Shown: positions 19,406-29,326 of the stretch, in pieces
Layout of the letters: every line of letters begins with the position of its first letter
Numbering within the stretch: position 1 is the first letter of the stretch
Source: Gammaproteobacteria bacterium
GTDB lineage: Bacteria; Pseudomonadota; Gammaproteobacteria; JAJRRL01
DNA length: 64,000 nt
Direction: 5' to 3'
Assembly (NCBI GenBank): GCA_024279495.1
Contig: JAJRRL010000003.1
Location: 71,661 to 135,660 of the forward strand
Made by a program: the position numbers and the translations under genes
The notes under the pieces: generated by a model
Seen by the model: only the letters and a program-made list of their open reading frames with translations
Database searches by the model: none
What the model was told of the DNA's origin: nothing

Positions 19406-20189
19406 CAAATACAAAACAGGTGAGCTTATCACCATGTTGACGTGTTACGACTATCCAATGGCGAGTATGATCGCATCGACTGACCTAGACGCTGTGCTGG
19501 TGGGCGATACGTTGGCGATGATTGTGCATGGTCATGCTGATACGACTACGGCTACATTGCCCATGATGGTGATGCACACGCAAGCTGTTGCAAAAGCAAA
19601 GATGCCACAAGTGATTGTGGCTGATTTACCTTTTTTATCGGCGAACTTATCTCCGAGAGATACTTTGGTGGCAGCAGGCCAATTGATTCAAGCAGGTGCT
19701 CAAGCGGTTAAAATAGAAGGTTGTGATCGTGTGGTGGATTCCATTCAAGCATGCACGCAATCCGGGATTCCTGTGATGGCGCACTTGGGTTTGACCCCAC
19801 AATACGTGCACCAGTTGGGTGGTTTTAAAGTGCAAGGGAAAACAAAAGAAGCGCAGGAACGCCTTATGCAAGACGCAAAACGCTGTGAGAAAGCAGGTGC
19901 CTTTGCTTTAGTGTTGGAATGTGTTCCTCCTAATTTGGCAGACTCTATTACTCAGTCTGTGAACATTCCAACAATTGGCATTGGAGCGGGATCAAAAACG
20001 TCTGGGCAAATTTTAGTATTGCATGACATGTTAGGTTTGACAGTTGGTCGATTGCCTCGATTTGTAAAACAATACGCACAAGCAGCTAGTCTGTGTGAAG
20101 AGGCGGTAAGCGCTTATGTTTCTTCCGTAAAAAGCGGCCAATTCCCCCAAAAAGAGCACGAATATAAAGAGGTTGTATGCGAGTTATAA
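19383..20189 (+). CDS. panB: 3-methyl-2-oxobutanoate hydroxymethyltransferase
   Basis: MLTCYD, LVGD, ADLPF, VKIEG, HLGLTPQ, IGIGAG. Confidence 0.96.
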   Translation: MSILKLINKYKTGELITMLTCYDYPMASMIASTDLDAVLVGDTLAMIVHGHADTTTATLPMMVMHTQAVAKAKMPQVIVADLPFLSANLSPRDTLVAAGQLIQAGAQAVKIEGCDRVVDSIQACTQSGIPVMAHLGLTPQYVHQLGGFKVQGKTKEAQERLMQDAKRCEKAGAFALVLECVPPNLADSITQSVNIPTIGIGAGSKTSGQILVLHDMLGLTVGRLPRFVKQYAQAASLCEEAVSAYVSSVKSGQFPQKEHEYKEVVCEL

Positions 20190-20947
20190 CATCTTTGTCA
20201 GAATGGAAACGTATTCGCGAACAATTATCTGGTGAGATTGGCTTTGTACCGACCATGGGTTGTTTGCATGCAGGGCATAAGGCTTTGGTTGAAAAATCCG
20301 TAAATGAGAATGCTGCCACAGTGGTTAGTATTTATGTGAATCCCACTCAATTTAATAACCCTGATGATTTAGTTTCTTATCCAAAAACAGAAAAAGAAGA
20401 TTGTGCATTGTTAGAATTGTTAGGTGTTGACTACGTGTTGATGCCAAGTTCAGAAGAGATGTATCCGGAAGCGAATACGATTGCATATCATGCTGACCAT
20501 CCCATGGCTACTTGCCTGGAAGGAACGCATCGGCCGGGGCATTTTGATGGCATGCTAACGGTGGTCATGAAATGGCTTTGTTTGGTTCGCCCATCAGTGA
20601 TATATATGGGCGATAAAGATTATCAGCAGCATGTGTTGGTACAATCCATGATTCGAGCTTATCACATCCCCACACGGCTTGGTGTTTTGCCAACGCAACG
20701 AGAAGAAAGTGGATTGCCTTTGAGTTCTCGTTTGAAAAGATTAAGTGCGCTGGAGTTAGAAAAGGCACGTTTCTTCGCCATGCGTTTTCATGCTTTAAAA
20801 AGCAGAGATGATTTTGTAGGCTTCAAGAAAGTGTTGGAAGAGAAGGGGATTAATTTGGAATATTTGGAAATGAAGGATCATCATTTGTTTGTGGCGGTGT
20901 ATATTGAGTCAGTTCGATTAATTGATCATCGAGTATGGAAGGTATAA
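20177..20947 (+). CDS. panC: Pantoate-beta-alanine ligase
   Basis: VPTMGCLHAGH, VNPTQF, RPGHFDG, GDKDYQQ, GLPLSSR, VRLID. Confidence 0.95.
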   Translation: MRVITSLSEWKRIREQLSGEIGFVPTMGCLHAGHKALVEKSVNENAATVVSIYVNPTQFNNPDDLVSYPKTEKEDCALLELLGVDYVLMPSSEEMYPEANTIAYHADHPMATCLEGTHRPGHFDGMLTVVMKWLCLVRPSVIYMGDKDYQQHVLVQSMIRAYHIPTRLGVLPTQREESGLPLSSRLKRLSALELEKARFFAMRFHALKSRDDFVGFKKVLEEKGINLEYLEMKDHHLFVAVYIESVRLIDHRVWKV

Positions 20948-20948
20948 T

Positions 20949-21722
20949 ATGATTTTATGTTTGGATATTGGTAATACAAATATTTTTGCAGGCGTGTTGC
21001 AAGAAGGGCAAGTGCTAATGCGTTGTCGTTACCCAACAGAAAAAGCAGCTTGTACCTCAGATATTGTGGGTTTGTTTTTGTTGGACGTATTAAGGCAACA
21101 CAACATTGATCCTGCGTCTATTGAAGCTATTAGTGCTTGTTCTGTTGTGCCAGATTTAGATTACTCCATTCGCTCTGCGTGCATTAAATACATGGGGCAT
21201 GATCCCTTGTTTTTAGAGCCAGGTGTTAAGTCGGGTGTGAAGTTATCAGTGAAAACACCTCATACCTTAGGTTCTGATCGTTTGGCAACAGCAGTGGCGG
21301 CATTGGATTGTTACCCAGATCGACCGCTAATTGTGTTGGATTTTGGAACAGCAACTACGGTTTGCGCGATTCAATCTGATCGGGTTTATATGGGTGGAGC
21401 TATTTTGCCAGGCATTAAAACATGCATGGAATCATTATGCGATAAAACGGCAAAGTTATCGTCGGTCAATTTAATTGATAAACCCAATGCTCTGGGGAAA
21501 ACCACTGAAGAGAATATTCAAAGTGGTTTGTACTATGGCCAGCTGGGAGCTTTGAAAGAGTTAGTGGCTCGGTATCAAGAGAATATTTTCAAGCAAGAAC
21601 CGGCTTTTGTGGTGGCAACCGGAGGTTATGCACAGCTGTTTCGGGAAGAAAACCTGTTCGATGCACTTGAGCCGGATTTGGTGTTGTATGGGTTGGAGGC
21701 TGTTTGGGCCATGAACAGGTAA
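20949..21722 (+). CDS. coaX: Type III pantothenate kinase
   Basis: LDIGNT, LGSDR, DFGTATT, GGAILPG, ATGG. Confidence 0.95.
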   Translation: MILCLDIGNTNIFAGVLQEGQVLMRCRYPTEKAACTSDIVGLFLLDVLRQHNIDPASIEAISACSVVPDLDYSIRSACIKYMGHDPLFLEPGVKSGVKLSVKTPHTLGSDRLATAVAALDCYPDRPLIVLDFGTATTVCAIQSDRVYMGGAILPGIKTCMESLCDKTAKLSSVNLIDKPNALGKTTEENIQSGLYYGQLGALKELVARYQENIFKQEPAFVVATGGYAQLFREENLFDALEPDLVLYGLEAVWAMNR

Positions 21723-21803
21723 GTTGGAAACGCGAAGCGAGCGTGCCGGTGTAGGCCGGTATCCACCTCCAATGCCTGTGAAGAAGTTGCTATCCTAAGG
21801 GTT

Positions 21804-21861
21804 TGTCATCCGAAGGCAATACAATGACGAGCCTGTGCCCAGCGAAGGCGGGTAGGGACCC
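21804..21861 (+). repeat. REP-like unit with 23-bp internal insertion
   Basis: TGTCATCCGAAGGCAA..TGACG[AGCCTGTGCCCAGCGAAGGCGGG]TAGGGACCC. Confidence 0.75.
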
Positions 21862-22020
21862 ATCTTTAAATACTCGCAAATGAGTTGCTACCCCCATTGA
21901 TTAAATTTGGATATTCATTATTGATCAAATATCATTTGGGTATTAAGTCAGCATGCAGGGTCTCTTATCCGCTTTAATATTTTCTTTAAAAACAATAAGG
22001 TAAGATCAAGATAGGGTTTT

Positions 22021-22090
22021 GGTAGATTCATCTATCAAAAATAGTAGCTTGATCTATCATTTTTGATAGCTTATACTTTGGAAATGATAG
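22021..22090 (+). promoter_or_regulatory. Promoter overlapped by 22-bp periodic operator-like repeats
   Basis: TTGATC-N17-TATACT; units GGTAGATTCATCTATCAAAAAT and AGTAGCTTGATCTATCATTTTT; palindrome CTATCA-TTTT-TGATAG. Confidence 0.6.
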
Positions 22091-22102
22091 ATGGAGGTTT
22101 TA

Positions 22103-23236
22103 ATGGAAAGACTTTTTGTTAATACGCTTAGTGAGCGTTTTAAGGATTCTGCCCCCCTGATTCATGTGGTGCTTGGTCCGCGTCAGGTGGGAAAAACCAC
22201 AGGTATCTTACAGTTTCTGGAGACTTATCGAGGAGAGCATCATTACATTAGTGCGGATGCCGTTTTAACAGCAGGCCATGACTGGGTGCTTCAGCAATGG
22301 CAAACAGCTTTATTGAAAGGTCACCATGCCTTGTTGGTGATAGATGAAATTCAAAAAATTTCAAATTGGGCTGAGATCATCAAGAAACTTTGGGATGATC
22401 AGAAGTTAAAGCAGACGCAAATTAAATTGTTGCTGTCTGGCTCAAGTTCGTTGTCATTGCAACGAGGTATGACAGAAAGTCTTGCGGGTCGATTAGAGGT
22501 GATCTATGTCCCACATTGGGATTATCACGAAAGCAATCAGCTTAGAGCTTTATCTCTAGAGGATTATTTAAGGTATGGTGGGTACCCGAAAAGTTATGAT
22601 TTCTTAGAAGATAAAGATCGATGGCATCAGTATGTAAAGTCTTCGGTGATTGATCGTGTGATTGATAAAGATATTTTGCAATATGCGCAAGTAAAAAATC
22701 CGGCGCTTTTCCGTCAAGCCTTTGAGTTGATCTGTTGTTATCCATCGCAAGAAATCAGTTATCGGAAGTTGCTGGGGCAATTGCAGGATAAGGGAAATAC
22801 GGATTTAATTAAGCATTATTTAGCGTTGTTTGAAGACGGCTTCCTAATTAAAGCACTTCAAAAATATCATAACCAAGAATTTAAAGTAAAAAGCTCGTCA
22901 CCTAAAATTATTCCTTTGGCGCCTTGTTTTTATCATTTATTCAGTGCGAAAGAAGAGAAAATGACCTTTGTTTTTGAAAGCACAGTTGGAGCGAAGCTAT
23001 CGCAAATAGCTTCAAAGCTATATTATTGGCGAGATGATACACACGAAGTGGATTTTGTGATGCTTTGGAGGAATAAGCTTATTGCCATCGAAGTGAAGTC
23101 AGGGAAGAGTAGAAAAAGAAGTGGTTTAGAAAAATTTCTAACGCTTTTCTCAGAAGCCATTCCCATTATTATTTCTCGTGACAACTACGAGATCTTTATT
23201 CAAGACCCCGTTGGTTTTTTTGAAAAAATAATTTAA
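22103..23236 (+). CDS. AAA+ ATPase (AAA_14) with DUF4143/PD-(D/E)xK-like C-terminus
   Basis: GPRQVGKTT, IDEIQK, SGSSS, ESLAGR, GGYP, EVDFV..AIEVKSG. Confidence 0.9.
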   Translation: MERLFVNTLSERFKDSAPLIHVVLGPRQVGKTTGILQFLETYRGEHHYISADAVLTAGHDWVLQQWQTALLKGHHALLVIDEIQKISNWAEIIKKLWDDQKLKQTQIKLLLSGSSSLSLQRGMTESLAGRLEVIYVPHWDYHESNQLRALSLEDYLRYGGYPKSYDFLEDKDRWHQYVKSSVIDRVIDKDILQYAQVKNPALFRQAFELICCYPSQEISYRKLLGQLQDKGNTDLIKHYLALFEDGFLIKALQKYHNQEFKVKSSSPKIIPLAPCFYHLFSAKEEKMTFVFESTVGAKLSQIASKLYYWRDDTHEVDFVMLWRNKLIAIEVKSGKSRKRSGLEKFLTLFSEAIPIIISRDNYEIFIQDPVGFFEKII

Positions 23237-23245
23237 ATATAAAGC

Positions 23246-25258
23246 TTATTGGCCGCCACCGTTTTTCTCAGGCCCGGCAGAGCTTGAGAGGTCAGTATCG
23301 ACTGTTTCTTTTGAGTATAGAGCAGAGAACTGCTTTCCAAGGTGAGAAGCTTGCTTGCTTAGACCGTTCTCGCGACGACCATTGACTAAAAAGCCAATAC
23401 CAACGCCCAGGCAAACCAACGCGGCAATGGCTAGGCCAAGGGTAAGCGGTGCGAGGGGGCCATAATTGACAGCGTCGCAAGCAGTGAAGGCTGCAGCAAT
23501 CGCAAAACCTAAGCCGACAGCCATCGCAGATCCACCGACAGCATTTTTCCAAACCACCGGGCTTCCGGAGAGTGTTTTGGCGTACTCTAGGAATGCTTTG
23601 CTTTGAGCTTCTGGATGTTTCGCAAGAGCGATGAGTTGAGATTGCGCTTCATTTTTTTCCTTCTCAGAAGGTGCTTTTTCTGTTTGAGCGATAAAAACCC
23701 TGATAGCAGTGTTTAAAGGAAGGGTTTGCTGCGCATTGGGCTGTAAGTCTAAAGAAAGCATTAGTAAAGGTGCGTTTTTCTGTAGACGTTTTTTGCTATA
23801 CAGCTTTTCTTCTGTGTTGTTATAAGCAGCGTCATCGTTGGTAATCACTGTCTCTTTAGCAAGCAGTTTAAAGGCATGTTCAATATCTTGTAGTGTGAAC
23901 TTGCTCATGCGCCTTAGTAAGTTGTCTCGCTTGTCTGGATGTTCCATCCAGGCACGAACCAATTCTACTTTGTGGTCGATGATATTTGTCATGGTGATGG
24001 TGGTGTCATCGCCAGATGGTTTTGGATATTTTTCTGTTGCGATGAATGACAATAGACTTTTAAAGGTTCGGTTTTCAGCGCCGTCCATGGCAAGCAATTC
24101 CTTCATACAAAAGCGAGCTATGCTAATAGCGTTATCGTCGCTAGCGTCATCTGCTTTGATTGCATCGCAAATGTCATCAAACACTTTTGAGAACTCAGTC
24201 AGTTTGTATTTGTGACGTTGGGGTCGGTCGTTGTCTGTATTGTTTGTATCAATTCTATTAAGAAGCGCTAAGGCTTTTTCAAATGCTGGCTTGTCAGCAA
24301 GCTTTGCTTGTCTTTTTGCAATGAGTTTTTCAGTGACAATTTCGTTTAATGCTTTTGTGATCTCTACTTTTGAGTAGGGAGTCTCATTGCTTTCCGCGTA
24401 ATTAAGTTGATTTTGTAGCGCGCTTGTTAGTTTACGAAGACTAATGCGAGTGACTAAAGTACCCTCTTTTTTTCTTTCAGTTGTATCGAGGTAGTCAGTG
24501 ACGCCATCGCTGACATGAACAAGATAAGCGTTTGGATGTGCAGGGCAAAGACTGTTCTCTTGAAGGTGGGTAGAGTGATCACCAGGTTCTGCAAATACGT
24601 GTTGGGCTGTTTCAGGAGCAAAGGAATCGCCTTTATCACCCGCATTATGAATGGTGTAGGCGGTGGCCTTTAAGGCGTTTTCAATCTCTAGCGTGATAGG
24701 GTTAATGAAAAAAGCGGAAAGATCACCTACGCCAACATGGTAAGATGAGCGTATTCCACGGTTTAGTACTACGCTAACAAGTAAAGAGCATTCTTCGATA
24801 TTCTGTTGACTGTGTAGTTCGCGATATGCTTTTTCAGTAGCTGCTTTGATATCCGCAGGCATGTGCTGAATGGCGCGGTTTGGCTCTTGTGAAAATGCTT
24901 TAGCAATGCTTTCGGCGCAGTATTTAGTGGTTAAGTTGCTGGATTCAGCAATTCGAGTGCACGTAAGTTCATCGGGCGGATGCCCATAACCATCGGCGGT
25001 GGCTTGTACGTAACCGATAATCACACCGTCTGAATCAACAACAGGAGCGATGCTCGCACCATCTAAGACTCGAGAGCTCTCTTCAGGAGGTCGACCTGGA
25101 AGCGCCCAGTTATTGCCAAGACAGATAGAAGCGTGAGGATTGCTTTGCTTTAAGCGAAATCCTTTGCTTTGGAGTTCGGCTGCGTTTGTAGTTTCAAACG
25201 GGCTTTGTTGAATAAGCTCTTGATTTGTTGATGTTGTTCTACTGGATATGGGTTTCAT
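23246..25258 (-). CDS. PP2C/PPM-like phosphatase domain protein with C-terminal transmembrane hairpin, candidate effector
   Basis: ADGYGH, VGVGD, VSDGVTD and GDDTT motifs in PP2C order; two hydrophobic helices near the C-terminus. Confidence 0.7.
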   Translation of the reverse strand: MKPISSRTTSTNQELIQQSPFETTNAAELQSKGFRLKQSNPHASICLGNNWALPGRPPEESSRVLDGASIAPVVDSDGVIIGYVQATADGYGHPPDELTCTRIAESSNLTTKYCAESIAKAFSQEPNRAIQHMPADIKAATEKAYRELHSQQNIEECSLLVSVVLNRGIRSSYHVGVGDLSAFFINPITLEIENALKATAYTIHNAGDKGDSFAPETAQHVFAEPGDHSTHLQENSLCPAHPNAYLVHVSDGVTDYLDTTERKKEGTLVTRISLRKLTSALQNQLNYAESNETPYSKVEITKALNEIVTEKLIAKRQAKLADKPAFEKALALLNRIDTNNTDNDRPQRHKYKLTEFSKVFDDICDAIKADDASDDNAISIARFCMKELLAMDGAENRTFKSLLSFIATEKYPKPSGDDTTITMTNIIDHKVELVRAWMEHPDKRDNLLRRMSKFTLQDIEHAFKLLAKETVITNDDAAYNNTEEKLYSKKRLQKNAPLLMLSLDLQPNAQQTLPLNTAIRVFIAQTEKAPSEKEKNEAQSQLIALAKHPEAQSKAFLEYAKTLSGSPVVWKNAVGGSAMAVGLGFAIAAAFTACDAVNYGPLAPLTLGLAIAALVCLGVGIGFLVNGRRENGLSKQASHLGKQFSALYSKETVDTDLSSSAGPEKNGGGQ

Positions 25259-25497
25259 GAGTGTCGGTCCTCGCCTTTATTAAGGACCTAATACTGCCTG
25301 ATTATGCATAAAAAAGCAACAATCCATACCGTTTTTAACGGGGAAAGGCACGGTGTTGTTGTATTGGTTCTTTTAATATTGTGTCTGCGGGGTTTACGGT
25401 TCACTGGTTCGCATGAGGAAAAACAGCCCTCGTCATGTGTGAAAAAATTAGACATCTATATCACTCGGGGCTATACTAAAAAAAATAAGAAGGCTTT

Positions 25498-25875
25498 GTG
25501 AGGATATTTAAAACAAGAGTGTTTTCTGGATGGGCTAGAAAAGAGCGCATTAGTGATCAGTCTCTTCGACTGGCAGTTAAAGAGATGGAATTAGGTCTAT
25601 TTGATGTCTCGCTTGGTAATGGCATATATAAAAAAAGAGTGCCAGTGCAGGGGCGAGGAAAAAGTGGAGGAGCGCGAACAATCTTGGCTTATAAATCCAA
25701 CAAGAGGGCTTTCTTTATGTATGGTTTTTTAAAGTCTGATAAGTCAAATATCTCTCAAAAAGAGCTTTGTTCTTTTAGGGGAGTGGCTTCAGATCTGATA
25801 TTAGCAGATGAGCTAACGCTTAAGAGGCTTTTGGTTTCTGGGAAAATAAAGGAGATAAGTCATGGCTCAATCTAG
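25498..25875 (+). CDS. Type II TA toxin, RelE/HigB family
   Basis: FKTRVF, LGNGIYKKRV, GRGKSGGARTI, FFMYGFLKSDKSNI. Confidence 0.88.
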   Translation: MRIFKTRVFSGWARKERISDQSLRLAVKEMELGLFDVSLGNGIYKKRVPVQGRGKSGGARTILAYKSNKRAFFMYGFLKSDKSNISQKELCSFRGVASDLILADELTLKRLLVSGKIKEISHGSI

Positions 25876-26173
25876 GATTTTAAGGGAAATGTATGAGACA
25901 GCGATTGACCTTCATGGGGCGGGTGCTATGAGCGATGAAACAATGCGAGAGTTTAATGCAATGATGCTCCCAGAAGTAAAGGAATTTACCTCCAATCAAA
26001 TCGTTAAAATCAGAAAGAAGAATAAAGCGAGTCAAGCGGTTTTTGCTGCGTACTTGAATGTAAGTGCATCAACAGTTCAAAAATGGGAGCAAGGGCAGAA
26101 GAAACCAAGTAGGCCAGCGTTGAAGCTTCTTAATATGATTGATAGAAATGGGCTGTCATCATTGGCAGCATGA
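25862..26173 (+). CDS. XRE-HTH antitoxin (HigA-like)
   Basis: SQAVFAAYLNVSASTVQKWEQGQKKPS; overlaps the toxin 3' end. Confidence 0.9.
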   Translation: MAQSRILREMYETAIDLHGAGAMSDETMREFNAMMLPEVKEFTSNQIVKIRKKNKASQAVFAAYLNVSASTVQKWEQGQKKPSRPALKLLNMIDRNGLSSLAA

Positions 26174-26199
26174 GCGCTTACTCTGACAGTCGAGGGTAA

Positions 26200-27963
26200 T
26201 TATTTAAGAGCAGCAATAGCCTCTGCCAAATGCGTTGCTGATTGCTCGCCAATTAAGCGGCTATCTGGAATTTCCTTGCCGTCTTTAAAGAACAAGAACA
26301 CAGGCGGGGCAATTAACTGGTAGTGATGCATGAGCTCTTTTACATCGACAGAAGGTTTGGTGATATCAATTCGGATTTGAGCGACTTTTGTCAGGGCTTG
26401 TTGCACCTTAGGGTTTGGTATGACTTTTGCTTCCATGAGTTGGCAAGTCAAGCACCAATCGGCAGTGGCTCGAATCATCACCAAGCGCCCTTTAGGAACA
26501 TGCGATAAATCATGATGAAGTTGATCGAGTGAATGAATCACTTTGGGTTTGTTGAGCAGCATTCGATGAGTAGGAGAGCGCATGATAGGAATGGGCAAGT
26601 AAGTGTTCGCACCAAAGTAATAGGTTTGTGCTCCTAACCAACTAGCATAAGCGATAACAAGAATCGCCAAAGGTAAGCGCAACATAGCCATTGCTTTTCC
26701 ACGCATGAGTAAGACAGCAATAAAGAGTAACCACACAATCCAAAGCAGCTGTGCAGCCACATGAGGAATGATTCGTGCGAGTGTTAATATCGCAACAGCA
26801 AGCATTAGGAATCCGAGGAAGGTTTTGATATGGTTCATCCAATTGCCGGCTTTAGGAAGCATGCGTTGCCCGCAAATAGCGATGATTAGCAAAGGTATGC
26901 CCATGCCAATACCCATGATGAATAAAGCGCTAGCGCCACGAAGAACATCGCCGCTTTTTGCAATGTAAAGTAAAGCACCTAGTAGTGGAGGGGTGACGCA
27001 TGGTGTTAATACTAAGGTGGCTAATACGCCCATTAGGAATACGCGTATCCAAGCAAAGCGAGAATTGCTTTCCCACTTACCTAAGCGACTACTTAAACCA
27101 GTAGGAAGGGATAATGAAAAACAGTCGAATAAAGCCAAAGAAAATACCACAAACAAAGTGCTGGTAAACACAATCACCCATGGCTGTTGTAAAGCCGTTT
27201 GTATGTTGTCACCTAAAAAGCTAGCAGCAGCACCAATGCCGGCATAAGTTACCGCCATACCAAGCACATATGTACCTGCTTTAATGAGAAGGTGCCTACC
27301 TTTGCTGTTTACTAAAATACTGCCAAGAATTGGGATCATTGGTAACACGCAAGGTGTCAGCGAAATTAAAACACCGAATGCAAAGAAGCCACTAAGTAGG
27401 AGCCAGATGTTGCCATTATTCAAGAGTTGTTTGACTTTGTCAGAGGTGGAGAGCGTTGTTTTTTTAGCGGGCTTTTCAGTTTTTGTAGATAAGGGTGCTA
27501 TGTCGTCGGAGACAGTAGGGTTTGGATAAAGCGTTGTGTAATAAGGGCCTTCTCGGGGAATGGAAAATTCACGTGTGGTGGGTGGGTAACAAAAACCTGC
27601 GCTAGCGCAACCTTGATAACTGACGAGTAAGGTCATGTGAGCGAGTGTGCTTGTATAAGGAACGATTAAGTTGAGATCACCTGTGTAAACAGCTAAATGT
27701 TCACCGCTAGGTGAGGTCATGTGGCCAGATGCGGGTGGCCATTTAATGGTTTCAAATTGTGTGCGCTCAGGTTTTTTCGCTTTGATATGAATGCGTTCTT
27801 GATATAGATGATAACCAGGTGGCATGTGCCAATGAATGGCTAGTTCCGTTCCACCGTTTTGTTCAACGGTTGCTACAAAAGCTTCGTTATTAGGGAGAGG
27901 GGTGTTTCCAAAAGCAAAAGAAAAAAAGCACAGCGAAAGCAAAGCACTAATAAAACGATACAT
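26200..27963 (-). CDS. dsbD: Thiol:disulfide interchange protein DsbD
   Basis: QGCASAGFCYPP, TPCVLPMIP, PCVTPPL, ADWCLTC. Confidence 0.95.
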   Translation of the reverse strand: MYRFISALLSLCFFSFAFGNTPLPNNEAFVATVEQNGGTELAIHWHMPPGYHLYQERIHIKAKKPERTQFETIKWPPASGHMTSPSGEHLAVYTGDLNLIVPYTSTLAHMTLLVSYQGCASAGFCYPPTTREFSIPREGPYYTTLYPNPTVSDDIAPLSTKTEKPAKKTTLSTSDKVKQLLNNGNIWLLLSGFFAFGVLISLTPCVLPMIPILGSILVNSKGRHLLIKAGTYVLGMAVTYAGIGAAASFLGDNIQTALQQPWVIVFTSTLFVVFSLALFDCFSLSLPTGLSSRLGKWESNSRFAWIRVFLMGVLATLVLTPCVTPPLLGALLYIAKSGDVLRGASALFIMGIGMGIPLLIIAICGQRMLPKAGNWMNHIKTFLGFLMLAVAILTLARIIPHVAAQLLWIVWLLFIAVLLMRGKAMAMLRLPLAILVIAYASWLGAQTYYFGANTYLPIPIMRSPTHRMLLNKPKVIHSLDQLHHDLSHVPKGRLVMIRATADWCLTCQLMEAKVIPNPKVQQALTKVAQIRIDITKPSVDVKELMHHYQLIAPPVFLFFKDGKEIPDSRLIGEQSATHLAEAIAALK

Positions 27964-28124
27964 AACACAACCTTATTAAATTCAATCTGACGTATCCTAG
28001 CATAGTTTTATCGTTGAGTTAAATTAATTTCACAAGGCAAGGTGTTACATGCCATTGACAAAGAGCCCTTGAAATGGTCAAATACCAACCAGCTTGATAG
28101 TTGGTGAGAGAGGAACGGCCTAGC

Positions 28125-29030
28125 ATGTCCAAACAAGTTAAAGTTGAAGATAAAATAAATTTTTCTATTTTCGAGCACCAAAAAATGAGTTGTGGTGGTT
28201 ATAATAATTGCCGTGAATGTGCCGGTGGTTCTGCTTCTCTGCACGAAGTGACGTATGGTCTTGAAACTAAGTTCACTAGGCTTACTACCACTTACACTAA
28301 GAGCAATGAATATACTCCATTTGGACATGTTGGGCTTCAAAAAGAATCTAAAACGGATTGTTCACGTTATAGAGTTTTTGGTCATACTACCCGAGCAAGT
28401 GCTCAGGCTGCCTTGTCTTCTTTGAAAGGTATTTTAGCGAAGACGCAAGACCAGAGGCTGGCAAATTATTTTGAGCGTTGCAAAAAAGCAGGTGCCGCAT
28501 GTGCTGATCCTTTCTTATCATCTTTAGTTGATTTTTTAAAAAATCTCAAGAAAGTTGTAGTGCATTTTAGAGCAGAGGAATACGGTGAAAAATGCAATGC
28601 AGCGACATATTCTGTATCAAAATCTGAGATGCAAGAGTACGCAGCGTTGAAGGAAATGATTTCTTATCGTTACGACAAGCAAACGCATGGCAGTAGATAC
28701 GTGAGAGATATGGCGCATGTGTTCTCATTTGGCGGTGCGGGTTTTTTAGGTGCTGCCTATGCAATGGCTTACCTATATGCTGACATGGGGGGGACTACAA
28801 GCGCTGTAGCCAGTGCCGCAAGGAGTGCCTTTGTCAGTAACCCTGCCGTGTATGGTACCTTTCTTGCTTTGCTGACTGTGTGTATCGTGATTGCGATTGT
28901 GTTGCATGTCAAAGCAAAGCAACGTTTAGCTCCCGATAAAATAAAATATGCTTTGCCAAAAAGCGTGACTGTTTGGCAAAAAAAACGAGCTCAAGCAAAA
29001 GCTGGGCAAGCAGCAAAGGTAGAAGTGTAG
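28125..29030 (+). CDS. Paralogue 1 of tandem orphan family (Cys motif + C-terminal TM hairpin)
   Basis: SCGGYNNCREC, KTQDQRLA, NPAVY, LHVKA, ends KVEV; own TTGACA promoter at 28055. Confidence 0.85.
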   Translation: MSKQVKVEDKINFSIFEHQKMSCGGYNNCRECAGGSASLHEVTYGLETKFTRLTTTYTKSNEYTPFGHVGLQKESKTDCSRYRVFGHTTRASAQAALSSLKGILAKTQDQRLANYFERCKKAGAACADPFLSSLVDFLKNLKKVVVHFRAEEYGEKCNAATYSVSKSEMQEYAALKEMISYRYDKQTHGSRYVRDMAHVFSFGGAGFLGAAYAMAYLYADMGGTTSAVASAARSAFVSNPAVYGTFLALLTVCIVIAIVLHVKAKQRLAPDKIKYALPKSVTVWQKKRAQAKAGQAAKVEV

Positions 29031-29060
29031 AGCTTCCAAGTAAGTTGTTATCTCTAATGT

Positions 29061-29170
29061 GTGACTCCCTATGTGTCACCCCCAGGAACTTTCGTGACGA
29101 GCCTGTGCCCAGCGAAGGCGGGTAGGGGCCTAGCTTTGATCCAGTACGTGCGAAGCATGAACTAAGGATC
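29061..29170 (+). repeat. REP-like unit with the same 23-bp insertion
   Basis: TGTCACCCCCAGGAACTTTCGTGACG[AGCCTGTGCCCAGCGAAGGCGGG]TAGGGGCC..ACTAAGGATC. Confidence 0.8.
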
Positions 29171-29264
29171 TTTATAATGTTTAAAAGCAGTTTTCAGGCT
29201 TGCTGAAAAACCACAAATCAATACAAAACAAACACTTACAAGCCGGTGGTGGCGAGCAGAGACC

Positions 29265-29293
29265 TTGACCAAAAGCTCTTAAGGTGATAGAAT
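29265..29293 (+). promoter_or_regulatory. sigma70 promoter of paralogue 2
   Basis: TTGACC-N17-TAGAAT; spacer CTTAAGGTGATAGAAT is shared with the paralogue 3 promoter (30329-30344). Confidence 0.7.
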
Positions 29294-29326
29294 TACAAGC
29301 AATTAAATTAATGTGAGGAGAAGGGT

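Noticed and set aside
21720-26200. Prophage or integrative element around the ATPase and TA pair
   Set aside because: No integrase, att repeats or phage genes are visible.
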